Shown here in pieces: positions 1-11,239 of a stretch of DNA of 53,717 nucleotides (its first letter is position 1; the number at the start of each line of letters is the position of its first letter). The notes below the pieces were generated by a model that did not search any database, had not been told where the DNA came from, and worked only from the letters and a program-made list of their open reading frames with translations. The DNA is from Chiloscyllium plagiosum (lineage: Eukaryota): positions 13,627,628 to 13,681,344 of the forward strand of contig NC_057753.1 of NCBI RefSeq assembly GCF_004010195.1, written 5' to 3'. The position numbers were made by a program, and so were the translations under genes.

Positions 1-680
1 TGGAGAGAAAAATCATAAGATGGCAGAAGAGTAGCAGCACAGTGGGTGCCTGCTCACATGTGGCTCGTCTGCTCTGTTCATTTTTATTTTTATGTTTATT
101 TCTTTCACTTTTATTGCTGTCCTTTCACTTTTTGTCTCCTTAATCTAATTTGCAGCACAGAGGAGGTATCTTGGAAGTGATCAAGACAGTGTGAAGAGGG
201 CAATCTGAACGTGATGGCAAGAGAGGTCTCCAACGTGGACAGCAGTCATCGCAAGTGATGGGAGAGTGGGAACAGGCAGCCCTAAGCAGTCCGAGGCAGG
301 GAGAGCGGGAGTCGGCAGCCCCAGGGGTCAGCGGTGAGGGTGGGAGCGGGTAGCTCGAGGTGGCAAGAGTTGGAGCAGGCTGCCCAAGGCAACGACTGGG
401 GCAAAGTTGACCCCTTGTGAGGAGTGCAAGCCCAGTATGGCGAGACGCATGTGATGTTGAACTATTAACTGTGTTTCTTTGTTATTTGTCTATGTTTTAG
501 TAAGAAGCACTGTTATGTCTAACTTCTTAATTTTCTTTCTTTGTTTTTCCACTTTGCACCAAGAGTCTGTGCCTAAGTACATTTATACCTACGATGGTGC
601 CGTCAGTGACAGCTTGTAAACTTTTCACTGTATTCATGTCAGTGAGCGCATGTGATAATAAAGCTAATCCAATTCAAAAA
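1..680 (+). mobile_element. Non-autonomous retroelement/SINE-like repeat with a Rex1/Babar-type 3' tail
   Basis: Ends in aaacttttcactgtattc...gtgataataaag...caattcaa. This resembles the reverse-complement tails at ~3100-3200 and ~3250-3300 (cttttcactgtacatcggtacaagtgacaataaatcaa). No ORF. Confidence 0.45.
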
Positions 681-729
681 ACAGAGCCAAAGCAAAGGGA
701 ATGGTACAACTTCTTCAGAACTGATAAAT

Positions 730-872
730 AAGGGAATCAGAGGTTGGGGGTGGAGGGAGGTGGAGGAGGGTTGGGAATGGCATGCAAATAGATTTGAGGA
801 TTTTCAGATCAGCTTGCTCTCATTAGATGGGAGGAGAATTGTTGGATTAAATGACCTCTTTCTGCACCCATG
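730..872 (+). mobile_element. Degraded CR1-type LINE 3' tail
   Basis: aagggaatcagagg...gatcagc...aaatgacct, similar to the tail at 13980-14095. Confidence 0.45.
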
Positions 873-1417
873 TCTCACTCTGTGTCCCTCGCTCTCACTC
901 ATTCTGTACCTGCTTCAGAAATTGTTCAGCATTGTGCCTGCGCACGTGTCCATTACCCATACAGTACTTACCTTGGCAACAGCAGTGTGGGCATTGGGAC
1001 TGTGTCATCATCGAGTGGCTAAGGTGATAACATGAACTTCATGGAAATTTGATTGCATCCTGAGAGGGCAGACAAGGTCTGCGGATTAACACATGAACAC
1101 AATGTCAGTAGTTTTAACTTGTAGATTTCAAGTCTTATTGAGTCTGATATTTTCAGAGACTTTTTTATGTTTCTGCAGGTCTGATATAGAAAACCACTGT
1201 TATTTTCTATATTAATAGTTTATCTCTGTAAAGAGACATATTGGGCAACTAATGAGTAATATCAACAATGGTGTCTCTGCAAATCCACTGTGATGACAGG
1301 CTCTCCAATATAGATTCCCTCTCACAGGCCAACGTCCCCAGTATCAAGACACTGGTTGTGATCAGTCAGTTGCATTGGCAGGTTATGTCATTCATAAGCC
1401 TGACACAGGATTTCCAA

Positions 1418-2309
1418 GGAGAAAGTGAGGACTGCAGATGCTGGAGACCAGAGTTGAAAAGTGTGGTGCTGGAAAAGTGCAGCAGGCCAAGCAGCATCCG
1501 AGGAGCACTTTTGGGCATAAGCCCTTCTTCAGGAATGAGGCTGGTGTGCCAAGCGGGCTGGGATAAAAGGTGGGGGGGGGAGGGGGGGATATAATAGGTG
1601 GAAGGAGGTGAGGGTGAGGGTGATAGGCCGGAGAGGGGATGTGAGCGGAGAGGTCGGGAAGAAGATTGCAGGTCAAGAGGGCGATGCTGAATTCAGGGGT
1701 TGGGATTGAGATAAGTTGGGGGGAAGGGAAATGAAGAAGCTGGAGAAATCTACATTCATCCCGTGTGGTTGGAGGGTTCCTAGGCGGATGATGAGGCACT
1801 CTTCCTCTAGGCGTCGTGTGGCCAGGGTCTGGCGATGGAGGAGGCCAAGGACCTGCATGTCCTTGGCGGAGTGGGAGGGGGAATTAAAGTGTTCAGCCAC
1901 GAGGCGCTTGGGTTGATTGGTGCGGGTGTCCCAGAGGTATTCCCTGAAACATTCCGCAAGTAGGCATCCCTGAAACATTCCGCAAGTAGCCTACTTGCGG
2001 AATGTTTCAGGGAACACTCTGGGACACCCGCACTAACCAACCCAACCGCCCCATTGCTGAACACTTTAACTCCCCCTCCCACTCCGCCACGGACATGCAG
2101 GTCCTTGGCCTCCTCCATCGCCAGACCATGGCCACATGACGCCTGGAGGAAGAATGCCTTATCTTCCGCCTAGGAACCCTCCAAGCACACGGAATGAATG
2201 TAGATTTCTCCAGCTTCCTCATTTCCCCTCCCCCCTGAAGAAGGGCTTATGCCCGAAACGTCGATTCTCCTGCTCCTCGGATGCTGCCTGGTCTGCTGCT
2301 CTTTTCCAG
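1418..2309. mobile_element. Penelope-like element with an inverted (head-to-head) structure and 14-bp target-site duplication
   Basis: GIY-YIG C-terminal-like peptides on both strands (AEHFNSPSHSAKDMQVLGL...RRLEEECLIIRLGTLQPHGMNVDF). Orientation flips at ~1989/1990. cacaggatttccaa is repeated at 1404-1417 and 2310-2323. Confidence 0.85.
2235..2262 (+). ncRNA. Minimal hammerhead ribozyme motif (Penelope pLTR type)
   Basis: CUGAAGA-A-GGGC(UUAU)GCCC-GAAA-CGUC: intact core boxes, stem II, palindromic ACGU stem III and a GUC cleavage triplet. Confidence 0.75.
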
Positions 2310-2944
2310 CACAGGATTTCCAAACCAAGCTCTTTAATGTGGATTTGCATGATCACAGCAAGAAATATCCAGGAGGGCAGAAGAAACGGCTCAAGACCTT
2401 CTTCAGATTTTTGTCAAAAAGAAGCGATATTCTCATCGACTCAGGACAATCTCTCGGTCAATGGCATTTAATTTGGAGAAACATTTATGAAAAGCCAACC
2501 ATTTTGTGCATCTCTGATGATCCCGGAGCAATAATAAACATTAACCAGAGCCCATGAAAATGCTTGCATCCAACCAACTCATCTCAGCTAATACCACCTG
2601 CCCCAACCAATGTCAGTGATTGTGGATCCAGTACTGAAGTGTTGAATCACTTCAGCATCCGTGGTGCTGGAGTGGAAGAAAGTCATCCGCGAATCCCAGT
2701 GACTGTTTATGTGAAAGATCGGGTTTTCCAAAATGCACCATTGTAAGTACAGGACAGACATTGAGAATAAATTGCTCTGGATGCTGTAATTATACTTTTC
2801 AGTCTGACAGTAGATATCACTATCTTCCACACACTCCACCCTTATCTAAGTTTGGAATGCTAATTCACCTGACTATCTTTCAGCTTTTCCCCAAATCTCC
2901 TTCAGTGTAGATGCAGGCTTTTGCATTCAGAATCACAGTCAATT

Positions 2945-3085
2945 ACTGTAAGAAGTGTAAGCAGGAGGAGACAAATTAGCCCCTCGAGCCTGCTCCACCA
3001 TTTAATACGATGATGATTGATTTCAACTCAGCCTCAACTGGACTTTCCTGCCCATTTTCTGTAATCCTTCAATCCATTACTGTAT
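2945..3085 (-). mobile_element. Degraded CR1-type 3' tail
   Basis: agcaggagga...agcccctcgagcctgctccaccattt, the reverse complement of a CR1 tail. Confidence 0.55.
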
Positions 3086-3099
3086 CTCTTCATTAAGTT

Positions 3100-4680
3100 A
3101 GATTTGCTATATTTATCGGAGCATGTATTTTGTCACAAAATGCAGTGAAAAGTATTGTACAATATCGCCACTCTCCAGTGCTATCTTAAAACACAGAATA
3201 ATAAACCACAACGCAGAATATAAATGCCAAAAAATAAAGAAGATGACAATTTGATTTATTGTCACTTGTACCGATGTACAGTGAAAAGCTTTGTTTGCAA
3301 GCAGTAAGTACAGGTCATACCGTTAAAAAAATGCTTGGATAGAGTGACGCATTCAGGCAATACCAGATATACAGGACGCGCATGAGGCAAGATCAACATT
3401 AACAAGATCAGCCTAATTTGAAATAATAAAGTCCATTCATCAGTTTGATAACAGCATTGAAGAAGCTGTTCTTGAACCTGCTGGTACTTGCATTCAAGCT
3501 TCTGTATTTTCTAACTGTCAGAAAAGGTTTTAGGAGAGCATTACTGGGTTGAGAGGGATCTTGAATGATGTTGTCAGCCTTCCTGCGGCAACGAGAAATG
3601 TAAATGGAGCCCATGGATGGGAGGTTTGCTTCTGTGATGATCTGGAGTGTGCACACGACCTTCTGCAGAGTCCAACTGTCCTCGGATGAGCAGTTGCCAC
3701 ACCAAACCGTTATGCATCCGGTTGACATGCTCTCTATGGTGCATCTGTAAAGATTGGTGGTCATGCCAAATTTCCTGAGCTGCCTGAGGAAGAAGAGGCA
3801 TTGTTGTGCCTTCTTGACCATCGACCTACAATGTCCAGGACGGGTTGTCAGTTATCGTTACACCTAGGAACTCAATGCTCTCAACTCTTTCAACCTCTGT
3901 TCAAATGATGTAGATGGGTGCATGTTCTCCTATGTTCTTTCTGAAGTCAATGATCAGTTCTCTTGTTGTGCTGACATTGAGAAAGAGGTTATCATTTCAC
4001 CACGTCACCAAGCCCCTTATTCTGACTCATCGCTATTTGATATCCGTCCTACCATGGTGGTGTTGTCAGGAAACTTGTAGATGGTGTTTTTTCAGAATTT
4101 TGTAACCAGTCCATGGGTGTACAGGGAGTACGTTAGGGGACTGAGAACACATCCTTGGGGTGACTCAGGTGGGGGGTGTAGGTACCAGTGCTGGGTGTTA
4201 TTGTGGAGGAGTTGCAGTTGTCTCTCTTTACTATGGTCTATGGGTCAGGAATCTGAGAATCTGACTGCAGAGCTACAGCTGAGACCTAGGTCTTAGAAGT
4301 TTGAAATCAGTCAGGAGAGGATAATAGTGTTGAAGGTGGAGCTGTAATCAATGAGCAGGAGTTTAATATAAGTGTCCTTGCCATCCAAATGTTCCAGGGA
4401 TGAGTTCAGGGTTAGGGAAATGGTGTCTGCTTTGGACCTGTTACACTGGTAGGCAAGTTGCAAGGGATTGAGGCAGGTTAGGAGATGATAGTTGATCTGG
4501 TCTGTGACCAGCCTCTCGAAGCACTTCAGGATTATGGGGTCAAAGCCACGAGGCAGTGGTCATTAATGTACATTGCATTCTTTCTTAGTTACTGGAATGA
4601 TGGCGGTCTTTTTGAAACAGGTGATGATTTCAGCATGCGGAGAGTTTGAAGATGTCAATGAATACCTCCACCAGCTCGTC
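3100..4680 (-). mobile_element. Rex1/Babar-clade LINE, 3' part, degraded
   Basis: ORF 3408-3821 (KKAQQCLFFLRQLRKFGM...YRCTIES...GCITVWCGNCS...TSRFKNSFF) is typical of the Rex1 RT C-terminus. Tail at ~3250-3300. Confidence 0.8.
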
Positions 4681-5020
4681 TGCAAAAGATAAAAGTGCTA
4701 AGCCAAGGATGAAAAATGAGGACAGGGAACCCGATCATGCTGTTATGAGTGATGGGAAGGGGCAAAGGCAAAAGTACTGGTGCTAGGTCAACCACAGTGG
4801 GTGGGAAATCATGGTCACAGAAGAAGCAAGCCACATCAGTTTTGGAAGGTGGCATCATCTGAATAGATGTGACATAGGTGAAGGAACTGGGAGAATGAGA
4901 TGGATTCCTTGCAGAATGTGCTGTGTGACGAATTGTAGAGAAGGTAGCCATGGGGGTCCTTGGCTTTGTAGTGAATAAAACTAAAAATCACACAACACCA
5001 GGTTATAGTCCAACAGCTTT
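4680..5020 (-). mobile_element. Penelope-like RT fragment
   Basis: SSHSTFCKESISFSQFLHLCHIYSDDATF resembles Penelope RT (HPxSCKxSIPFSQFLRLRRICS). Confidence 0.7.
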
Positions 5021-5024
5021 TTCT

Positions 5025-5310
5025 TAGATTACTTACAGTGTGGAAACAGGCCCTACGGCCCAACAAGTCCACGTTGTTCCGCCCAAGCGCAACCCACCCA
5101 GGCCCCTACACCTAACACTACAGGCAATTTAGCATGGCCAATTTACCTGACCTGCGCATTTTTGGACTGTGGGAGGAAACCGGAGCACCTGGATGAAACC
5201 CACAGAGACAAGGGGAGAATGCGCAAACTCCACACAGTCACCTGAGGCGGGAATTGAATCCGGGTCTCTGGCGCTATGAGGCAGCAGTGGTAACCACTGT
5301 GCCACCCCCT
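5025..5310 (-). mobile_element. HE1-type tRNA-derived SINE (V-SINE)
   Basis: Reverse complement has A-box-like gtggcacagtgg, B-box-like gattcaattcc, the V-domain tgtggagtttgc...gggtttc...ccggtttcctcccacagtccaaa and a CR1-like tail. Confidence 0.9.
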
Positions 5311-5354
5311 TGCATGTGTTACACTGCCACCTGCTGGTCTGGTACACTCACTCA

Positions 5355-5745
5355 CAGGATGAGGGTGTCACTGCACAGGCCAGCATGTCTTGCCCATCGG
5401 GCTGTTAAGAGTGAACCACACTGCTGTGGGTCTGGAGTCATATGTAGGCCAGACAAGGTAAGGATAGCGTTTCCTTCTCTGAAGAACATTAGTGAACCCA
5501 AATGGGTTTTTTTTTTGACAATCAGCAATGGTTTCATGATCATCATTAGACCCTTCATTCCAGATTCTATACTGACTCAAATTCCACCATCTGCCATTGG
5601 TGGGGTTTGAACCCAGGCCCCAGGATGTTAGCTAAGTTTCTGAGTTGCCGGTCTCATAGTAAACCCCTCAGCCATTGGTGGGGTTTGAACTTGGGTCCCA
5701 GGGAGTTAGTTAAGTTTCTGAGTTACCAGTCTAATGGTAAACCAT
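5355..5745 (-). mobile_element. Deu-domain SINE (SacSINE1/AmnSINE-like) with a duplicated tRNA-like head
   Basis: Reverse complement contains gggttcactaatgttcttcagagaaggaaa...ccttacc..gtctggcctacatatgactccagacccacagca. The head segment is repeated at ~5593-5665 and ~5671-5745. Confidence 0.75.
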
Positions 5746-5874
5746 TATTTGGGACTATAACCTGGTTTTGTGTGGATTTTAATTTTGTCCACCCCAGTCC
5801 AACACTAGCATCTCCACATATTTGTAGTGAATGGAGAGGAGCAGTTCATTCCACAAAATGGAGGCAAGAAATGG

Positions 5875-7120
5875 AAGGGAAGGGTCAGAAGTGGACACAG
5901 AGGGAGGGTGGATCCCACCACTCATGACACAACGGGGCCCGGCTGATTGACGGCGCGTCACTGACCAATAGGAGGGGAGGCAAGCGGGCTGGCGGACCAA
6001 TTGGAAGCAGCTAAGCCTCCAACCAAAGGGGGTGAATGAGGGGGCAGGGCGGGAAGGAAAGGGTCAGAAGTGGACACAGAGGGAGGGTGGATCCCACCAC
6101 TCATGTCACAACGGGGCCCGGCTGATTGACGGCGCGTCACTGACCAATAGGAGGGGAGGCAAGCGGGCTGGCGGACCAATTGGAAGCAGCGAGCCCTCCA
6201 ACCAATGGGGGTGAATGAGGGGGCAAGGCGGGAAGGAAAGGGTCAGAAGTGGACACAGAGGGAGGGTGGATCCCACCACTCATGTCACAACGGGGCCCGG
6301 CTGATTGACGGCGCATCACTGACCAATAGGAGGGGAGGCATGCGGGTTGGCGGACCAATTGGAAGCAGCTAAGCCTCCAACCAACAGGGGTGAATGAGGG
6401 GGCAGGGCGGGAAGGAAAGGGTCAGAAGTGGACACAGAGGGAGGGTGGATCCCACCACTCATGTCACAACGGGGCCCGGCTGATTGACGGCGCATCACTG
6501 ACCAATAGGAGGGGAGGCATGCGGGTTGGCGGACCAATTGGAAGCAGCTAAGCCTCCAACCAACAGGGGTGAATGAGGGGGCAGGGCGGGAAGGAAAGGG
6601 TCAGAAGTGGACACAGAGGGAGGGTGGATCCCACCACTCATGTCACAACGGGGCCCGGCTGATTGACGGCGCATCACTGACCAATAGGAGGGGAGGCAAG
6701 CGGGCTGGCGGACCAATTGGAAGCAGCTAAGCCTCCAACCAATGGGGGTGAATGAGGGGGCAGGGCGGGAAGGAAAGCGTCAGAAGTGGACACAGAGGGA
6801 GGGTGGATCCCACCACTCATGTCACAACGGGGCCCGGCTGATTGACGGCGCGTCACTGACCAATAGGAGGGGAGGCATGCGGGTTGGCGGACCAATTGGA
6901 AGCAGCTAAGCCTCCAACCAATAGGGGTGAATGAGGGGGCAGGGCGGGAAGGAAAGGGTCAGAAGTGGACACAGAGGGAGGGTGGATCCCACCACCCATG
7001 TCACAACGGGGCCCGGCTGATTGACGGCGCGTCACTGACCAATAGGAGGGGAGGCAAGCGGGCTGGCGGACCAATTGGAAGCAGCGGGCCCTCCAACCAA
7101 TGGGGGTGAATGAGGGGGAA
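5875..7120 (+). repeat. Tandem array of ~7 near-identical 179-bp units rich in CCAAT boxes
   Basis: Unit start agggtcagaagtggacacagagg at 5881, 6060, 6239, 6418, 6597, 6776 (variant) and 6955. One ggatcc and one gggccc per unit. Confidence 0.97.
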
Positions 7121-7450
7121 GGACGGCGCGTGATCGGTGACGATTCCGGGGCCGTGCCGCCGTCATTGGCGCCTGACTTGACTATAGGAGGTGGGTACGG
7201 AAAAGCAGGAGTTACTGCGGACACCGAGAGGAAAATCGAGTCAGTCCGGTTCTATGAACACCCGGCGTAGGTCCCAAGATCCACATTAGAAACTCCCGGT
7301 CACGCGTTTGCAGCAAACGGGAACGGGCTGCTGGTCTCAGGTTGTCATAGGCCCCGCGGGTGCTGCCGCCATATTTGTTAGGGGCAAGATGCGCCAGTGC
7401 GCACGCGCATGCTTCCGGGGTGGGGGCGGGGCGATTTGAGGAGGGGCATT
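7120..7450. promoter_or_regulatory. CpG-island promoter with YY1, NRF1, ETS and Sp1/GC-box motifs
   Basis: GCCGCCATATTTG (YY1, 7365-7377), TGCGCACGCGCA (NRF1, 7398-7409), CTTCCGG (ETS, 7412-7418), GGGGCGGGG (7423-7431). CpG density is high against a CpG-poor background. Confidence 0.8.
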
Positions 7451-7620
7451 GAGACAGCAAACTGAAACCAGGAGAAGTGCATGTCTTTTGTAGGTGCCTG
7501 TGCTGAACTGACAGTGATTTTTTTTTTGTTGTTTTGTGAATCCGTTTTACAGAATATTAATTGAGAGCAATTTGCAGAATGGGATCTCAAAACAAGATCT
7601 GTCAGCGCACCCTTTGGGAT
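7445..7620 (+). other. Candidate non-coding first exon of the zinc-finger gene
   Basis: Donor GAT|GTGAGT at 7620/7621 just downstream of the promoter. Candidate acceptor ttttgcttttgaaag| at 12209 upstream of the ZNF ORF. The start of this exon is a guess. Confidence 0.4.
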
Positions 7621-7804
7621 GTGAGTATCACTGGCATTTAACTGTGGAAGGAAAAAAAGGTTTGTTCTGTTCTGGGCTGTAGGAAAACCTCCCTGATATG
7701 TCCAACTCGAAAGCAGCAAGACATTCAAATTTGTCGTAGGGCATATGCTCAGTTCTGGGCCCTGCAGCTGAGAAAGGAAACTTTTGATTTGAGGGGTGGG
7801 TGGG

Positions 7805-9085
7805 GGGAAGGGACTGTGGGTCTGGTTAGCACCGCTGTCTCACAGCGTCAGGGACCCAGGCTCGATTCCTGCCTTCGGTGGCTGTGTATGTGGAGTTTGC
7901 AGATTCTCCCCGTGTCTGCGTGGGTTTCCTCTGGGCGCTTCAGTTTCCTTCCGCAATCCAAAGATGTGCAGGTTTGGTGAGTTGGCCATGCTAAATTCCC
8001 AATAGTGTTCTGTGATGTGTAGGTTAGGTGTATTAGTCAGGGGAAAGAACAAAGAAAATTTACAGCCCAGGAACAGGCCCTTCAAGCCTGAGCCGATCCA
8101 AATGTACTGTCTAAACTTGTCGATCAATTCCAAAGCATTTGTAACCCTCTACTCCCCACCTACTCATGCAACTGTCCAGATGCATCTTAAATGAATCTAC
8201 CGTGCCTGCCTCTACCACCTCTGCTGGCAATGCGTTCCAAGTGCCCACCACCCTCTGTGTGAAGTACTTGCCGCGTGTTCCCCCTTAAACTTTCCACCTC
8301 TCACCTTGAAAGCATGACCTCTGGTTATTGAAACCTTCACCTTGGGGGAAAAAGCTTGTCTCTATCCACCCTGTCTATACCCTTCATGATTTTGTAAACC
8401 TCAATCAGGTCCCCCCTCAATCTCCCTTTTTTCTCGTGAAAATAAACCTAACCTACTCAACCTCTCTTCATAGCTAGCAGCTTCCATACCAGACAACATC
8501 CTCGTAAACCTTCTCTGCACCCTCTCCAAAGCTTCCACATGCTTTTGGTAATGTGGCGACCAGAACTGTACACAGTATTCTAAATGCGGCCGAACCAATG
8601 TCTTGTACAATTTTAACATGACTTGCCAGCTCTTATACTCAATACCCCGTCCAATGAAGGCAAACATACTAATTGTCTTCTTGACCACTCTATCCACCTG
8701 TGCAGCAACCTTCAGGGTACAATGGGCCTGCACTCCCAGATCTCTCTGCCCATCAACCTTTCCCAAGGCTCTTCCATTCATTGTATAATTTGCTGTAGAA
8801 TTAGACTTGCCTAAATGCATCACCTCACATTTGTCTGGATTGAAAGCCATCTGCCACTTTTCCGCCCAACTCTCCAGTCTATCTATATTCTCCTGTATTC
8901 TCTGACAGTCCCTTATGCTTTCTGCTACTCCACTAATCTTTGTGTCATCTGCAAACTTGCTGATCATACCAACAGGGGAAATGTAGGGCAAGGAAATGGT
9001 TTTGGGTGGGATGCTGTTTGGAGGGTTGGTATGGACTTGTTGGGCAGAAGGGCTTGTTTCCTCACTAGGGATTCTATGATTCTAT
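7805..9085 (+). mobile_element. HE1-type SINE interrupted by a CR1 LINE
   Basis: SINE head and V-domain at 7805-8046; body and tail resume at 8973-9085, ending ttctatgattcta. Confidence 0.85.
8047..8972 (-). mobile_element. CR1/HER1-type LINE, 5'-truncated, with 9-bp TSD
   Basis: ORF 8401-8991 has ISKFADDTK...WQMAFNPDKCEVMH...LVRPHLEYCVQFWSP. caggggaaa is repeated at 8038-8046 and 8973-8981. Confidence 0.93.
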
Positions 9086-9659
9086 AAATTCTTCATTTGT
9101 AAATACCTATAGACTTTCTTTTAAAATTCCTTATTGACTTAGATTCCACTTGAATGGGTGCTGGAATTTTCCAGATCCTGACAAATCTTTGTCAATCCTG
9201 AACCTCCTGAAGTCCATGTTGAGTCTGAAGGGTTATAAAGGGATGAACTGAAAGATGAGGTGCTACTCCCTGAGCTGCTGTTCAGGTGCTTTGGAACAGT
9301 AAAGGAGTCTGAAGTCTGTGTAGGGTGTGAGCAGATAATGAAAATGACAAGGCTTCACTTTGAGTACTCCTTGGGTCAATGAGAGTGCTTTGGATTTGGA
9401 TGACAACAGAGAGGGAGGCGAGACAGGGAGAAGGCGCAGCTGAAAGATCGAGTGCGGTGCTCATGCTCAGTTTGGGCCATTCAGAAAGTGATACAGTCCC
9501 AATGGAAAGATCCAATTGGTAAGTGATAAGTGCAGAGTATTTTCTCACAGGTTTGAAGTATAATATATCAGCTTCTGTAAAAGCAGGGGCTTTCAGTTTT
9601 AACAGAAATGCTTAAAATGAAGGAAGGCCTTTTGTTCAATTAAATTCTCTTAAAGGGAG

Positions 9660-10570
9660 TAACTGTGTTAATTTACAGGGAAGTAATGACAGGAAACCCC
9701 AGACCTCTGGTATGTACCAATTGCACAATATGGGATTTAACGGAAGCTTCTGGCGTTACTGACCCCTACATATGCAGGAAGTGTGTCCACCTACAGCTGC
9801 TGGCTAACCACTTTTCAGAGCTGGAGCTGTGGGTGGACACACTGTGGAGCATCTGCCACACTGAGAATTATACAGGCTGAAAGGTATAGGTGACCATTAG
9901 GTAAAGTAAACTGCACAGGAAGGAAGTGCAGGAGTACCCAGTAGTCATCCTCCTGTCAAATAGATATACTGCTTTTGCTACTGTTGGGAGTGGTTGGGGA
10001 TGGCCTCGGGAAACCCGCAACAGCCACCTTCATGGCACCACATTTGGTCTGCGGCACAAAAGGGAAGGAAAAAGGATGACAGGTCTACAGTGACAGAAGA
10101 TTCAATAGTCAGGGATACAGACAGCACTTCTGTGGTATGTCAGATCTCTAGCACCAGGATCTGGGATATCATGTAGCAGCTGCTGGCCATTCTGGAGCTG
10201 GAGGGTGAACAGCCAGTAGCTGTGGAACACGTAGGTACTAACAGCACAGATAAACAAAGGGATGAGGACGTGAAAGCCGAATATCGGAAGATGGGAGATT
10301 CATTAAATACCCAACCTCAAGTAGAATAATGTCAGACTTTCTCCCAGTGCCAGATCTAGCAAGAGCAGGAATAAGAGGACAGATGAGATGAATGCAAATC
10401 TGCACAAATAATGTAACAGAAGAGTTTAGATTCTGGTGGCATTGGGCTGTTTTTGTGGGAGTTGGTTCTTGTATAGCCTAATCCATTATCTCCGGGCAGA
10501 GATGGAACAAATCTCCTCTTGGGGCTTTTGCTCATAACTTTGGGGTGATTTTAATCTTTTATAGCAGGCA
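9660..10570 (+). mobile_element. Degraded CR1 ORF1 (zinc finger/coiled coil plus SGNH esterase)
   Basis: CTNCTIWD...YICRKCVHLQLL...ELEL and EDSIVRDTD, homologous to the ORF at 24446. Confidence 0.75.
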
Positions 10571-11239
10571 AGTGGGAACTAAAGTGTAGGCTTAGATGGG
10601 CAGATTCAGATCAGGAAATGTGAGGTACAGTTAGTTATTGATATAGTCAGCAGCTCAAAGAGACAAAAGAAAGAAGGATTAAACAAGTTTAGATTTTCTC
10701 TTTGTATATCTGTCCTGAAAGCTCAGGGATACATCTGGTGAACATTCTTTATTCTCTCTCAATGGACTGGGCGTCCTTCCTTGGGAAAGAAGAAAGGTGC
10801 ACACTATACTCCAGATGTGGGCTCACCCAAAGCCCTTACAGAAAGATACCCTCTTCCACTAGTCAAAAACTCTCATTATGAAGGCCAAAGTATCGTTTGC
10901 ATTCTTCATTGCTTGCCATTCCTGCCTGCTTACTAAAATAGAGAGGCACAGAGCTACATGGAACTAAATTAGTTCAGGGTCTCGGATAGAAAATTGTTGA
11001 ATGCAATATCCCCATGGTATCTATGCTGGTCATCAAGCACCAATTTTGTCTATTCGCATTTTCTGGCATTCAGCATGTAACTTATTGCGGTGCCTTGTAT
11101 GACCATCTAAACATTTCTACAAGGTTGCAACTGTTCCTACATCTGTTACTATTTCAGATACTGGCAGACCTGCTGAATGTCTTCACCATTTTCTGATTTG
11201 ACTTTGATTTTCCACCATTTTGTTTAAGCACTTCATTTT

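Larger units (their letters stand above)
1260..2706 (+). mobile_element. RTE/BovB-type LINE 3' fragment, split by a Penelope insertion
   Basis: Translates LQIHCDDRLSNIDSLSQANVPSIKTLVVISQLHW, resumes after 2310 as KYPGGQKKRLK, then a degenerate C-terminal zinc knuckle (DCGSSTEVLNHFSI). These resemble the RTE ORF C-terminus. Confidence 0.7.

Noticed and set aside
2407-2743. Possible host exon (cag| ... |gtaagt)
   Set aside because: Explained as the 3' end of the RTE element; the frames I could follow contain stops.
5025-5310. tRNA genes
   Set aside because: The A/B boxes belong to SINE heads; no complete cloverleaf is seen.
5875-7120. CRISPR-like array, or repeated 73-aa minus-strand ORFs
   Set aside because: Units are near-identical along their whole length with no unique spacers, the context is vertebrate, and the ORFs are by-products of the repeat.
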